A DNA stretch of 64,000 nt from an uncultured candidate division Zixibacteria bacterium (GCA_963817915.1 CAWFQL010000017.1:480001-544000), one strand, 5' to 3'; shown: positions 32,562 to 42,876, counted from the first letter of the stretch. Notes: generated by a model from the letters alone, not told the origin. Translations and numbers: made by a program.

Positions 32562-33853
32562 TCTCTCGATATACTCTTCCTGAAATGGCGGCCCTGTGGT
32601 CCGATGAAAACAAATTCGCTACCTGGCTGAAAGTTGAAATAGCTGTTTGCGAAGCCCAGGCGCAACAGGGAGTGATTCCTCGAAACGCGGTCGCCAGAAT
32701 TAAGAAGAAAGCCAAAATCAATGCCCGGCGCATCGATGCTATCGAGGCTAAAACCAATCACGATGTAATCGCGTTCCTGACTAATCTTGCTGAGAACGTC
32801 GGGCCGGAAGCAAAGTATATTCATGTAGGATTGACTTCCTCAGACGTTCTCGATACTTCACTTGGCTACCTGATGAAGGACGCTGGTCTTCTCATTAAGG
32901 AAAAACTTGTAGATATCTCAAAACTTCTTCGCCGCATGGCCCCCAAATATAAAGACGCTGTTTGTATAGGCAGAACTCACGGTGTCCATGCCGAGCCAAC
33001 CGTCTTTGGTCTCAAGTTAGCATTATGGTATACCGAAAGTGTTCGCAATATTAAACGGCTCGATGACGCTATTGCGGATGCCGCTGTCGGCAAGCTTTCG
33101 GGGGCGGTCGGCAATTTCGCCCATATCGATCCTCGAGTTGAAAAGATTGTTTGTGCCAAATTGGGGCTTAAGCCGGCCTTAGTATCGACTCAGGTGACTC
33201 AAAGAGATCGCCATGCATATTATCTATCAGTATTGGCTATAATCGGAGGCATGATCGAGAAAATTGCGACCGAAATTCGAAGCCTTCAAAGAACCGAAAT
33301 TCTCGAATTAGAAGAAAGCTTTTCTAAAGGCCAAAAAGGCTCGTCGGCAATGCCGCATAAGAAAAACCCCATCACCTGCGAACGGCTTGCCGGTTTGGCC
33401 CGGGTGTTGCGTGCCAATGCTCATGCGGGGATGGAGAACATGGCTCTCTGGCATGAACGAGATATTACTCATTCGTCGGTCGAACGAATAATCATTCCCG
33501 ATTCCACGATATTGCTCCATTATATGCTGGATAAGCTTAATGTCATTTTATCGAATCTCAGGATCAATACCGGCAACATGAGGCGGAATATCGAAGTAAC
33601 GCGCGGTCTGGTCTATTCACAAAGGGTGCTGCTGGCATTGACTGATAAAATGCCCAGCCGCGAGGCCGCTTATGCCGTTGTCCAAACACTGGCTATGCGA
33701 AGCTGGGAAAATGGAGAGGATTTTAGAGGTTTGATCAAATCCTCAGCCGAGGTTCAAAAATACCTCAAGCCAAAAGAGATTGACACCTTATTCGATATTT
33801 CCTACTATACCCGCAGGGCAAATATGATAATTAAAAGGGCTACGGCGATATGA
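32558..33853 (+). CDS. purB: adenylosuccinate lyase
   Basis: [21 protein letters not shown]. Confidence 0.98.
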   Translation: MISRYTLPEMAALWSDENKFATWLKVEIAVCEAQAQQGVIPRNAVARIKKKAKINARRIDAIEAKTNHDVIAFLTNLAENVGPEAKYIHVGLTSSDVLDTSLGYLMKDAGLLIKEKLVDISKLLRRMAPKYKDAVCIGRTHGVHAEPTVFGLKLALWYTESVRNIKRLDDAIADAAVGKLSGAVGNFAHIDPRVEKIVCAKLGLKPALVSTQVTQRDRHAYYLSVLAIIGGMIEKIATEIRSLQRTEILELEESFSKGQKGSSAMPHKKNPITCERLAGLARVLRANAHAGMENMALWHERDITHSSVERIIIPDSTILLHYMLDKLNVILSNLRINTGNMRRNIEVTRGLVYSQRVLLALTDKMPSREAAYAVVQTLAMRSWENGEDFRGLIKSSAEVQKYLKPKEIDTLFDISYYTRRANMIIKRATAI

Positions 33854-34470
33854 CAAAAGAAGGTTTCATCTTCCCACTACCATTTATTTTTATTGCGGTG
33901 CTGTTTTTCTATATTTCCCTAAGCCATTTTTCGATGACTTTTATCTATGTTTCAGTCGGATTCTTCTTTTTGGGTCTGCTCGTAATGCTGTTCTTCCGTG
34001 ACCCTGTAAGAAAATCCCCGAAAGGGGGAAATCTCATAATTTCGCCCGCCGATGGCAAAATCATTCGTATTAACGATGATGCCAATCAGCCGTCGCTTTC
34101 GATTTTTCTTTCGGTTACTAATGTCCACGTCAACAGGGCCCCGGTTTCAGGAGTGGTCCAATCGGTGCAATTTATCCCGGGGAAATTTCATATCGCGTCC
34201 GCTGATTCCGCCCAGAGCGAAAATCAGCGCAATGAGATCGAAATAAAAACCGATCAGGGCCTGGTGAAAATGCATCAGGTTTCCGGCTCTATCGCGCGCC
34301 GCTGTATCTTTTACAAAAAGCCGGGAGACGCTATAACAGCAGGCGAAAGAGTCGGGCTTATTAGATTCGGAAGCAGGGTGGATCTGTTTTTGCCATCGAG
34401 CGCCAAAATTGATATCACTCTAAAACGTCGGGTAGTTGCCGGAGAGACTATATTAGGAAGATTCCAATGA
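33850..34470 (+). CDS. psd: phosphatidylserine decarboxylase proenzyme (short type)
   Basis: FFRDP, SPADG, HVNRAP, IRFGSRVD cleavage motif. Confidence 0.95.
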   Translation: MTKEGFIFPLPFIFIAVLFFYISLSHFSMTFIYVSVGFFFLGLLVMLFFRDPVRKSPKGGNLIISPADGKIIRINDDANQPSLSIFLSVTNVHVNRAPVSGVVQSVQFIPGKFHIASADSAQSENQRNEIEIKTDQGLVKMHQVSGSIARRCIFYKKPGDAITAGERVGLIRFGSRVDLFLPSSAKIDITLKRRVVAGETILGRFQ

Positions 34471-35231
34471 AAAATATTAAAGGCATACTGCCCGGAATGT
34501 TTACAATGGGCAATCTGGCTTGCGGCTTTATTTCAATTATCTTATCCGGCGGGGCGAGCAGCCTTGCAGGGGAATCTTTAAATCGAAATCTGAGCGAGGC
34601 CGCCTGGCTTATTATTATGGCCGCATTTCTTGATTTTCTCGATGGACTTGTCGCCCGCTTTTCAAATACGTCTTCTCGTTTCGGAGTTGAATTGGATTCT
34701 CTGGCCGATATAGTGTCATTTGGGGTGGCTCCGGCTGTAATGGTCGTGAGTTTTTCACTTATCCATCAAACGATATTTTCCTGGCTATTGGCTTTCGTGT
34801 TTCTCATGGCCGGCAGTTTCAGGTTAGCTCGATTTAATCTTTCGGCAAAATTAGAGCAGAAAGTTAATTTTCTGGGTTTGCCGATACCATCCGCGGCCAT
34901 TGCTATCGTCTCATATGTGCTTTTCTCTATTGAATTGTGGGGCTCGGTTAGAATGGAGAAATTTTTCATCATTCTCATAATGTCATCAGCGGTTCTGATG
35001 GTATCGACTATCGAATTCGAGACGATGCCCCGCTTCGATTTTTCAAAGCCGAAGAATATTGTTAAGGTAATGGGAATATTGGTTATGGCGGCGGGACTTA
35101 CGATTAACGCTTCACTCGTGATTTTCCCGTTTACGATGCTTTATATAATTTATTCCGTCGCGAAAATGATAGTCTCCATGTTTTCGGCCGGTTCTTTTCG
35201 CCCCCGCGCGAAGCTTGAACATAAAGCGTGA
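34467..35231 (+). CDS. pssA: CDP-diacylglycerol--serine O-phosphatidyltransferase
   Basis: DFLDGLVAR...FGVELDSLADIVSFGVAP, RLARFN; next to psd. Confidence 0.95.
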   Translation: MKNIKGILPGMFTMGNLACGFISIILSGGASSLAGESLNRNLSEAAWLIIMAAFLDFLDGLVARFSNTSSRFGVELDSLADIVSFGVAPAVMVVSFSLIHQTIFSWLLAFVFLMAGSFRLARFNLSAKLEQKVNFLGLPIPSAAIAIVSYVLFSIELWGSVRMEKFFIILIMSSAVLMVSTIEFETMPRFDFSKPKNIVKVMGILVMAAGLTINASLVIFPFTMLYIIYSVAKMIVSMFSAGSFRPRAKLEHKA

Positions 35232-35264
35232 TTGGTTATTCGATAAATATAAAAAGGTGAGTAG

Positions 35265-35513
35265 ATGAAATTCAATGTTGACATAAAGGTGTCACTCAAG
35301 GACGGCGTGCTCGATCCTCAGGGGAAGACAATAGCCCATGCCTTGATAAATCTCGGATTCAAGAATATTGTCAATGTCAATACCGGCAAGATTTTCAAAG
35401 TTGAGATCGATGCCGAATCTGAATCCAACGCCAAAAAGGTTGCGGAAGAAATCGCGAACAAATTGCTGGCTAATTCAGTAATAGAAAAATATGATATTCA
35501 GGTTCAAAGATGA
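35265..35513 (+). CDS. purS: FGAM synthase subunit PurS
   Basis: [14 protein letters not shown]. Confidence 0.97.
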   Translation: MKFNVDIKVSLKDGVLDPQGKTIAHALINLGFKNIVNVNTGKIFKVEIDAESESNAKKVAEEIANKLLANSVIEKYDIQVQR

Positions 35514-36196
35514 AAATTGGAGTTGTCATATTCCCCGGTTCTAATTGCGATTACGATGCCTATCAAGCCTTCAAGATGGTCGAAGGCACATCGGTAGAGT
35601 ATCTCTGGCATGGCTCCGAGGATTTAATGGGGTCTGATCTTATTGTGTTGCCTGGCGGATTTTCCTATGGCGATTACCTTCGTTCAGGGGGTATTGCCAG
35701 ATTTTCGCCCATAATGAAAAAGGTCGTCGAATTTGCCAATGATGGCGGATCAGTTATGGGTATATGCAATGGTTTTCAGATTCTTGTCGAGACCGGTTTG
35801 CTTCCGGGCGCGATGCTGAAAAATGCGAATATGAGATTTGTCTGCAGACAGGTGAATCTGAGAGTCGAAAATAATCATACTCAATTTACGTCGGAACTCA
35901 ACAAGGGCGATTTGATAAATGTGCCGGTAGCTCATGGCGAAGGCAACTACTACGCGGATCCCAGGACTCTGTCGGAATTGGAGCAGAATGATCGAATCGT
36001 CTTTAGATACGCCGATGAAAATGGTGTCGTGACTGCCGATTCCAATCCCAATGGTTCGATGAATAATATCGCGGGTATTATAAATAATAACGGAAATGTT
36101 CTGGGTATGATGCCCCATCCTGAGCGAGCCTGCGAGAAGCTACTTGGCTCCGAAAGCGGTTTGGCATTGATAAAATCTATTTGCAATCGAAATTAG
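35510..36196 (+). CDS. purQ: FGAM synthase glutaminase subunit PurQ
   Basis: [31 protein letters not shown]. Confidence 0.98.
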   Translation: MKIGVVIFPGSNCDYDAYQAFKMVEGTSVEYLWHGSEDLMGSDLIVLPGGFSYGDYLRSGGIARFSPIMKKVVEFANDGGSVMGICNGFQILVETGLLPGAMLKNANMRFVCRQVNLRVENNHTQFTSELNKGDLINVPVAHGEGNYYADPRTLSELEQNDRIVFRYADENGVVTADSNPNGSMNNIAGIINNNGNVLGMMPHPERACEKLLGSESGLALIKSICNRN

Positions 36197-36206
36197 CGAG
36201 GGATTC

Positions 36207-36506
36207 ATGAAAGATAGAGAAATATCTTTTTTGGTTGTAGCACTGGTTTTGGCGACTATAATTGGAGGATTTATTGGTCAATTCGTTGGCGATTTGTTGC
36301 CCGATGGGGCAGTTAAGACGTTGTTTCAAAAGAACTTAGAGGTAGGTATTGGCCGCGGCGGCGTGACAATTAATGAGGTTAGGGAGCCTATCTATATTAA
36401 TCTTTATTCCATATCAATGGCATTTGGGCTGCTTATAAAAATAAATTTTGTTTCCGTTTTAATGGTAATATTGGTTATAATATATTTCAAATGGTGGTAT
36501 CTGTAA
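36207..36506 (+). CDS. small membrane protein (DUF4321-like)
   Basis: Two hydrophobic segments; INL...FGLLIKIN pattern. Confidence 0.65.
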   Translation: MKDREISFLVVALVLATIIGGFIGQFVGDLLPDGAVKTLFQKNLEVGIGRGGVTINEVREPIYINLYSISMAFGLLIKINFVSVLMVILVIIYFKWWYL

Positions 36507-36524
36507 ACCTAGAGGTGAAATAAT

Positions 36525-36770
36525 ATGAATGAGATGATCCTTCTTTCAATGCCCGGCGGAGGAGAGCTAATTATTATCCTTGTGATAGTTCTGCTTCTCT
36601 TTGGCGCCAACCGTATCCCTGAAGTCGCTAAGGGATTAGGAAAGGGCATTAGAGAATTTAAAAGTGCTATGCGGGATGTCCAATCTGAAATAGATAATTC
36701 CGATAAGCCCAAAGCGCAGATTGACAAACCGAAACAGGACGACTCGACAAAGGCCGAGAAAAAAGAATGA
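36525..36770 (+). CDS. tatA: twin-arginine translocase TatA/E subunit
   Basis: ELIIIL...[23 protein letters not shown]. Confidence 0.96.
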   Translation: MNEMILLSMPGGGELIIILVIVLLLFGANRIPEVAKGLGKGIREFKSAMRDVQSEIDNSDKPKAQIDKPKQDDSTKAEKKE

Positions 36771-37237
36771 CTAAGACGATATTTTCAAGAGAAGATATCA
36801 ATAAAATTGCGTCATGTCTTGGCGTACCCGAGATAAATGATCATAAGGATCATTTCCATCTCAAGCTCGTTAATCATGCTGAGAAACGGCAATTATCATT
36901 GGAAATCTATCCCGAAGTATCACTTGGTGAAAAGGCCAAGGGCGCGATGATAGTTATCTACACTCAGAATTGTCATTTGCAATTGCACGACTGTTCGGGA
37001 TATGTTTTATCGGAAGAGCTTGGCGAGGTCACATTTGTATCGGAGGCGACGGGTAAAATCTCCGGACTTGTTGTTGAACGAGAGGCTGCATGCTCGCTCT
37101 ACTCCAATGCTGAACGAAGTCTTATTTCCGATGATTTTACGGCATTTGGGGTCGAGGTCATGCTATCCGGTGTGGCTTTGTCGCTTGCTGAAGACATTTT
37201 GACTTCTGGCGGCTTAAATCAGAAAAAGGATAAATAA
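36767..37237 (+). CDS. hypothetical protein
   Basis: 156-aa ORF coupled to tatA by an ATGA overlap; no family recognised. Confidence 0.75.
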   Translation: MTKTIFSREDINKIASCLGVPEINDHKDHFHLKLVNHAEKRQLSLEIYPEVSLGEKAKGAMIVIYTQNCHLQLHDCSGYVLSEELGEVTFVSEATGKISGLVVEREAACSLYSNAERSLISDDFTAFGVEVMLSGVALSLAEDILTSGGLNQKKDK

Positions 37238-37250
37238 TTTTTTTGGCGAT

Positions 37251-37275
37251 TTAATAGACTAAAACGACCGATAAA
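37251..37275. promoter_or_regulatory. possible Rrf2/IscR-type operator
   Basis: TTAATAGACTAAAACGACCGATAAA directly upstream of rrf2; resembles the GACTAAA core of IscR type-1 sites. Confidence 0.3.
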
Positions 37276-37283
37276 GGTGTCTT

Positions 37284-37682
37284 ATGCAATTTACGCGAAA
37301 GGGCGATTACGCATTGAGGGCGATGGCCTATCTTGCAAATTCCGAAAGCCAAAATCCTCATACCATAAATGAAATCTCAGAAAAAAGCGGAGTCCCCAGG
37401 CATTTCCTCGCAAAAATTTTAAAGGATTTGACTGAAGCCGGTCTTCTCATAGCTATAAAGGGGGCCAGGGGCGGGTATTCATTGGCCAAAAATCCGGCTG
37501 AAATTAATCTATTGGATATCATGGAAGGTACTCTCGGACCGATGGCGTTAAATATCTGCCTGGAAGGTGAGAATCGATGTCCGGACTTAAAGGGTTGCGG
37601 TTTTTATCCAATTTGGCAAAGGGCTTCTGAAGCCATGCTCAATGTTTTCCGTGAAACAAATCTCCAGTCCCTTCATCATTAA
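37284..37682 (+). CDS. Rrf2-family (IscR-like) regulator
   Basis: DYALRAM, GARGGYSLA, three Cys CLEGENRCPDLKGC. Confidence 0.93.
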   Translation: MQFTRKGDYALRAMAYLANSESQNPHTINEISEKSGVPRHFLAKILKDLTEAGLLIAIKGARGGYSLAKNPAEINLLDIMEGTLGPMALNICLEGENRCPDLKGCGFYPIWQRASEAMLNVFRETNLQSLHH

Positions 37683-37694
37683 TTATTATTTTGT

Positions 37695-38909
37695 ATGGCA
37701 GAAAAAAATATTTATTTCGACAATATCAATACGACATTTCCGGACCCTGAGGCTGTAAAGGCGATGCTTGATGTACTGCAGTCGCATCATGGGAATCCGT
37801 CATCACATATTCATCAGGCAGGGATAAAGGCGGGATTAATTCTCGATGATGCCCGCTTGAAGGTCGCTAATTTTCTACATGCGGCGCCGGAGAATATTGT
37901 TTTTACATCGGGAGCTACTGAATCCAATAATCTGGCCATATCAGGTTTTCTATCTGCTAATCAAGAATATCAACTTGCCGTCTCGGAAATCGAGCATTAC
38001 TCAATAATAAATCAGGCAAGACGATTGAGCCAGAATGGTATCAATGTTGTCTTTTTGGATGTTGAAAAATCCGGCTTGCTCGATCTCGCGAATTTCGAAA
38101 AAGCCATCAAGGCAAGACCGACATTGGTTTCAGTGGGGTTGGCCAATCCTGAGATCGGTACTATCCAAGATTATGATTCGATCTCCGGCATCTGTAAAAA
38201 GCATGGAGCCATATTTCATTGCGATGCCACCAGCGCGGCCTCATCAATCCCAATTGATATTCAAAAATCTGGATTCGATCTCTTGACTCTTTCAGGTCAT
38301 AATTTATACGGCCCAATGGGAGTGGGAGCCTTATACATTGCACCTAAAATCAGAATATCGCCATTATGGGATGGTGGTAATCAAGAATACGGCATCCGTC
38401 CAGGCACCGAAGACCTGCCCGGTATCGCGGCCATGGGCGAGGCCTGCAATCAGCTTCAAGGCAAGATGACTCAAATCAATGAGCATTTAACAAAGCTGGG
38501 AAAGAAATTGTGGAATGGATTAGAGTCCAAAATCCCATTCATTCATTTTACGGGCCATCCCGTTAAACGGCTTCCCGGTCATGTCTCATTCTGGGTTGAA
38601 CATATAGAGGGGGAATCGCTTCTCCTTCTTCTCAATATGAATGGCGTGATGGCGTCATCCGGATCATCATGCAGTTCCAATATCAAAGGGAAAGACGAGA
38701 ATGATTTGGTAGCGTCGCATGTGTTAAGAGCGGTAGGAGTGCCATCGGATATATGCGCTGGATCGATCACATTCTCATTGGGAAAATATAATACTATCGA
38801 TGAAGTTGAATTCGTAATTTCTATCATGCCGGGGATTGTCGAGAAGCTTCTGGCAATGTCTCCAAGCTATGATGATTATTTGAAAAAAAAGGAGCTTTCT
38901 AATGGATAA
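37695..38909 (+). CDS. IscS/NifS-like class V aminotransferase-fold protein lacking the PLP lysine
   Basis: GNPSS, FTSGATESNN, EH, GT, SSGSSC; but SGHNLYGP replaces SGHKxYGP and SITFSLG replaces SLRFSLG. Confidence 0.9.
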   Translation: MAEKNIYFDNINTTFPDPEAVKAMLDVLQSHHGNPSSHIHQAGIKAGLILDDARLKVANFLHAAPENIVFTSGATESNNLAISGFLSANQEYQLAVSEIEHYSIINQARRLSQNGINVVFLDVEKSGLLDLANFEKAIKARPTLVSVGLANPEIGTIQDYDSISGICKKHGAIFHCDATSAASSIPIDIQKSGFDLLTLSGHNLYGPMGVGALYIAPKIRISPLWDGGNQEYGIRPGTEDLPGIAAMGEACNQLQGKMTQINEHLTKLGKKLWNGLESKIPFIHFTGHPVKRLPGHVSFWVEHIEGESLLLLLNMNGVMASSGSSCSSNIKGKDENDLVASHVLRAVGVPSDICAGSITFSLGKYNTIDEVEFVISIMPGIVEKLLAMSPSYDDYLKKKELSNG

Positions 38910-39291
38910 GGCATTTCCCTATTCTGATAAAGTAATGGATCATTTCGCAAATCCCCGCAATATGGGTGAGATCGATAATGCGTCCGGTGTCGGCAATGTT
39001 GGCAATCCCACATGCGGCGATATGATGCGGCTATACCTTAAAATCGAAAATGGGATCATTATAGACGCTAAATTCAAGACCTTTGGATGCGGCGCGGCTA
39101 TAGCGTCGTCATCGATACTTACCGAAATGCTCAAGGGCAAGCCGATAGAAGAGGCATTGAAGATCTCCAATGAAGCGGTTGCGGAAGCTCTTGGCGGGCT
39201 GCCTCCTGTGAAAATCCATTGCTCCGTAATGGCGGAGGAAGCGTTGCGGGCCGCCCTGGATGATTATGAAAAACGTCAAGAATCGAATTAG
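38902..39291 (+). CDS. iscU: Fe-S cluster scaffold IscU/NifU-N
   Basis: YSDKVMDHF, NPTCGD, FGCGAAIAS, LPPVKIHCS. Confidence 0.97.
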   Translation: MDKAFPYSDKVMDHFANPRNMGEIDNASGVGNVGNPTCGDMMRLYLKIENGIIIDAKFKTFGCGAAIASSSILTEMLKGKPIEEALKISNEAVAEALGGLPPVKIHCSVMAEEALRAALDDYEKRQESN

Positions 39292-39299
39292 CTTTCCAC

Positions 39300-39450
39300 A
39301 GCCGGGTTCCGCCGACCTTCGGTCGTAGAAACCCGACTTGCACATAAAATGCCCAATATGATTAGTATTTTCCGGCGTCGTAACGTATTTTTATAATTAA
39401 CACTTTTGTCGGGTTTCACCCTGAACAAAGTTCAGGGGCGGAACCCGGCG
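39300..39450. repeat. two CCGGGTT/AACCCG hairpin repeats
   Basis: GCCGGGTTCCGCCGACCTTCGGTCGTAGAAACCCGAC and TGTCGGGTTTCACCCTGAACAAAGTTCAGGGGCGGAACCCGGC; related to the TGTCGGGTT...AACCCGAC family. Confidence 0.7.
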
Positions 39451-39522
39451 ATAGTGTAAGAATATCCTTGACTTATATTCCTGTAAGCGATTAAATAACT
39501 GGTAATAAATATGGGAGGAAAT

Positions 39523-39864
39523 GTGAAAAAATTCATTCTTATTGCGATTTTGGGACTTGGCGCCATTGTAGTGAGTTGTGACAAGCAGAAGGCATTGGAT
39601 CGTATAATGGCTGAACCGCAGACAAAGACTTATATTCTCGGGCAATTATTATCGAATCCGGCGACTAAGGCTGAGTTGGCCGATTCAATTTTCGCTGACA
39701 GGGCTATAGCCGATGCTTATTTGAATAAGCTTTTGAGCAATGAATATTCGCGTAATGATGTTCTGAGCCGCATGATTAAGAACGATCCGACAGGCGAGTG
39801 GATTGTGACAAGGCTCGCCGATATTCCCGATATCAAGGCTAAGATGAAAGCTGTAAGCAAGTAA
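39523..39864 (+). CDS. hypothetical lipoprotein (GTG start)
   Basis: SD GGAGG at 39514; signal KKFILIAILGLGAIVVS-C lipobox. Confidence 0.8.
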   Translation: MKKFILIAILGLGAIVVSCDKQKALDRIMAEPQTKTYILGQLLSNPATKAELADSIFADRAIADAYLNKLLSNEYSRNDVLSRMIKNDPTGEWIVTRLADIPDIKAKMKAVSK

Positions 39865-39888
39865 TTAAACTCTACAGAAATCTATTTT

Positions 39889-39918
39889 AATGGGCGAGTA
39901 ATATCGCTCATTTTTTTT
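39889..39918 (+). terminator. intrinsic terminator
   Basis: AATGGGCGA-GTAATA-TCGCTCATT followed by a T-run. Confidence 0.6.
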
Positions 39919-40444
39919 ATTCGGTTTGTTCTTTAATGCCGGTTATTGAGAATGTCCACAGCGAAATTGCTATTCCCGCCAAAATTAACAAAAAAAGAGG
40001 GGATGAAATCAGTAGCGTGAAAAGTGATTTTAGTCCGGGGATTAATGACAAGAATGAATTACTGATATTCGATAAATGAGAATATTCATTTTTTGAAATT
40101 AATGTATTCAGCGTAGAGAACAATGATTTGGAGTTGGATAATATAGCCCCGACCAATATGAATATACAGATTGCCGCGGATGCCCAACTGATCATAATAC
40201 CTTTTGCGAGATATTTCTTTTCGGATTCAATCAAAGCGGTTTTCGCCATTACTTGTTCCGAAAATGATATTAGCGCGGTTTCTCTCATTTTCAGGCTCAA
40301 TATATCTTCCAATTGTGAATCAAGCTGAAATCTGGCTCCGCATTGAGGGCATGATTCAATATGACCAATCAGCGATTCCTGGTCGAAATCGTCCCGGAAA
40401 TCGCGCTCGATAATTTTATCGATATCTCGACAGCTATACCGCAT
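39917..40444 (-). CDS. membrane-anchored zinc anti-sigma factor (ZAS)
   Basis: C...HIESCPQC (HxxxCxxC), two TM segments, overlaps the ECF sigma gene. Confidence 0.85.
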   Translation of the reverse strand: MRYSCRDIDKIIERDFRDDFDQESLIGHIESCPQCGARFQLDSQLEDILSLKMRETALISFSEQVMAKTALIESEKKYLAKGIMISWASAAICIFILVGAILSNSKSLFSTLNTLISKNEYSHLSNISNSFLSLIPGLKSLFTLLISSPLFLLILAGIAISLWTFSITGIKEQTE

Positions 40445-41039
40445 ATTTTACCCAGAGCTTTTTCAATTCGAGTTTCGCTCTGAAAAGCCAGATTTTGACA
40501 GTCCCGACCGGACAATTCATAATATCAGCAATCTCCTCATATTTTAGATCATCATAATAATGAAAAATAATGACAGCTTTCAATTCCGGCTTCAGTAATT
40601 TCATCAATTTCTGAACAGTCAATTTCAATGTATGATTATTATTTTCAGCGGCTCTCAATACATAATCTAATTCAATCGGCGCATGTTCCTTTTTTTCTTT
40701 GTTGATATGGCTTAACGCTGTATTATAGGAAATCCTGTAAAGCCAGGTTTTGAAGCTCGAACGTTTCTCGAAACGTCTTATTGAACGATATGCTCTTAAA
40801 AAAACTTCCTGGGCAATATCGGCTGCCTGATCATCAGAATGTACAAGACCATTTATCAACGTAAAGACGAAATCCTCGTATCGCTTGACTAAAACTCTAA
40901 ACGCGTCAGTATCACCGTTTCTGACAAGTTCGATAATCGTGTCATCATCTTGCGCCGCTAAGACAGCCCTAGCCTGTCTTCTGACAAATACTCCGCTTAA
41001 TGATGATACAATGGCCGATTGGTTGATTTTGCCTTCCAT
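40434..41039 (-). CDS. ECF RNA polymerase sigma factor (start uncertain; ORF open to 41087)
   Basis: GDTDAF, DIAQEVF, FKTWLYRI, YEEIADIM...GTVK. Confidence 0.93.
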   Translation of the reverse strand: MEGKINQSAIVSSLSGVFVRRQARAVLAAQDDDTIIELVRNGDTDAFRVLVKRYEDFVFTLINGLVHSDDQAADIAQEVFLRAYRSIRRFEKRSSFKTWLYRISYNTALSHINKEKKEHAPIELDYVLRAAENNNHTLKLTVQKLMKLLKPELKAVIIFHYYDDLKYEEIADIMNCPVGTVKIWLFRAKLELKKLWVKYAV

Positions 41040-41146
41040 AATTTTCGTCTCACATTTGAATACGTAAAATATTGTGTTCAGATTCATTTTTTTGAAACAA
41101 AAGGCTCATCTTCTTAAGTCTAATGGCCAAAACTAAGGAGGCAACA

Positions 41147-41536
41147 ATGTGGCAAGCAGACCCGAATTTCAACGTAGTTCTTTTGGTGGGATTGATATTT
41201 GGCATTATAGGTGCCGTACCGGTGCTTATCGCCGTATTAGCATCCAACAATTCCCAAAAGAAAAGAGAAGCTGAACTAATCCGCCTGGCAATCGAAAAGG
41301 GACAGCCATTGCCGTCATTCCCAAGGGCCGCAAAGAGCCATCTCAGCTCAATAAAGGCCGCGTTAATTTGGGCGGCGGTAGGGCTTGGCGTTATCCTGAT
41401 GTCGGTAACCGAAGGAATGCATCAATGGCAGGGTGTATCATTCGGCATGATGTTTATTCTTATTGGCCTGGCAGTAGGTATTGGCGGATGGATTGTTGGC
41501 AGACAGATAGCCAGGGACGAAGGCAGGGCGAATTAG
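41147..41536 (+). CDS. small membrane protein (DUF6249-like), divergent from the ECF sigma gene
   Basis: SD AAGGAGG before ATG 41147; LAIEKG motif with three hydrophobic segments. Confidence 0.7.
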   Translation: MWQADPNFNVVLLVGLIFGIIGAVPVLIAVLASNNSQKKREAELIRLAIEKGQPLPSFPRAAKSHLSSIKAALIWAAVGLGVILMSVTEGMHQWQGVSFGMMFILIGLAVGIGGWIVGRQIARDEGRAN

Positions 41537-42876
41537 TAGACTCTCTTTTGCCAGCGTACCGAACGGAACCAAAACATGATTGTAGTGCCCTTGATAATTG
41601 TCGATATCGTAATCGCCCAAAAGATACCGACAGGTCCCATGCCGAGCGTAATGGCAAAATAATAGGCTAACGGAATTCTCAATAGCGTGCCGGGAATCGA
41701 TACAGCCATCGGCGGAAATGTATTCCCGGCTCCGGCGAATGCGCCCTCAAGGACTATTTCAAATCCCATGAATACTTGCGAAATAGCCAATATTCTTAAA
41801 TAGGAGCCGGCATTCTTGATTACTTCAGGATCAGTTGTAAATATCGACGTTATGTGCTGATTGAAAAAATAAAATATTGATCCGAAAAATAAAGTGACTA
41901 TAGATATAATACCTAATGATGTCCAGGCGGCCTTCTTGGCTCGCTCGGGCTGATTTCCTCCAAGATTTTGGCCTACCATCGCGGATGTCGCCATATAGAA
42001 TCCAAAGCATGTCATAAATGATATCGATTCAGCTCGGTTGCCCACTGGAATCGAGGCCACCGCCGATGTTCCGAATTCCGACATTATTCTTGTCATTACA
42101 AGATATACCGCCGCGAATACTCCGCCCGATAATGAAACGGGAGCCCCGATTTTCGTCATTCGCCAGATTATTCCGAAATCGATCTTTTTCGAAATGCTCG
42201 GTAATATTCTGAATGGTATTTTCCCCTTAAGGACAAATGCCAGTCCCATGAATGTGCCAAGTGTATGAGCCGTCGCGGTCGCAATTGCCGAACCCATGGT
42301 CTCCAATCGAGGGAAGATCCAAACTCCGTATACCAGAAATATGTTCAGAATAATATTCACGCCTACGACTGTAAACATGATGATCATTGGAGTCGTGGTA
42401 TCGCCGATCGCTCTGAATATTGCGCCACCGACTTCGCCAACAAAAATAAATGGCACGGCCATGAATATAATCATTAGATATACTCGCCCCATCTTCTCCA
42501 CTTCGGGCGCAAGGTTCAATGCCCCGATTATTACGCTTGAAAGAAAAATTCCCGCGATTCCCAGAAAGATGGAAAAAATAAATGCGAATCGGAGAATATG
42601 CATCGCCTTTTCCGATGCGCCCGCCAGGTTCTTTGCGCCGTAATCCTGCGCTATCAATGCTACCGTCCCGACCGAGAAGACATCGATGATCGAAAGCAAT
42701 ATCCAGATGACAAACCCCGCCGATCCAACAGCTGCCAATTGCGAATCGCCAAGATGCCCGACCAGCGCCGTATCGACAATATTATTGGTAACCAGGGCAA
42801 ACATAGAAAATACGGCAGGCACTGCCAGAATCACTATCTGCCTTGGAATCGAACCTATTGTTAAATCTCGTGCCAT
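41533..42876 (-). CDS. MATE-family efflux transporter
   Basis: DLTIGSI, VDTALVGHLG, GDTTTP, VGQNLG. Confidence 0.95.
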   Translation of the reverse strand: MARDLTIGSIPRQIVILAVPAVFSMFALVTNNIVDTALVGHLGDSQLAAVGSAGFVIWILLSIIDVFSVGTVALIAQDYGAKNLAGASEKAMHILRFAFIFSIFLGIAGIFLSSVIIGALNLAPEVEKMGRVYLMIIFMAVPFIFVGEVGGAIFRAIGDTTTPMIIMFTVVGVNIILNIFLVYGVWIFPRLETMGSAIATATAHTLGTFMGLAFVLKGKIPFRILPSISKKIDFGIIWRMTKIGAPVSLSGGVFAAVYLVMTRIMSEFGTSAVASIPVGNRAESISFMTCFGFYMATSAMVGQNLGGNQPERAKKAAWTSLGIISIVTLFFGSIFYFFNQHITSIFTTDPEVIKNAGSYLRILAISQVFMGFEIVLEGAFAGAGNTFPPMAVSIPGTLLRIPLAYYFAITLGMGPVGIFWAITISTIIKGTTIMFWFRSVRWQKRVY

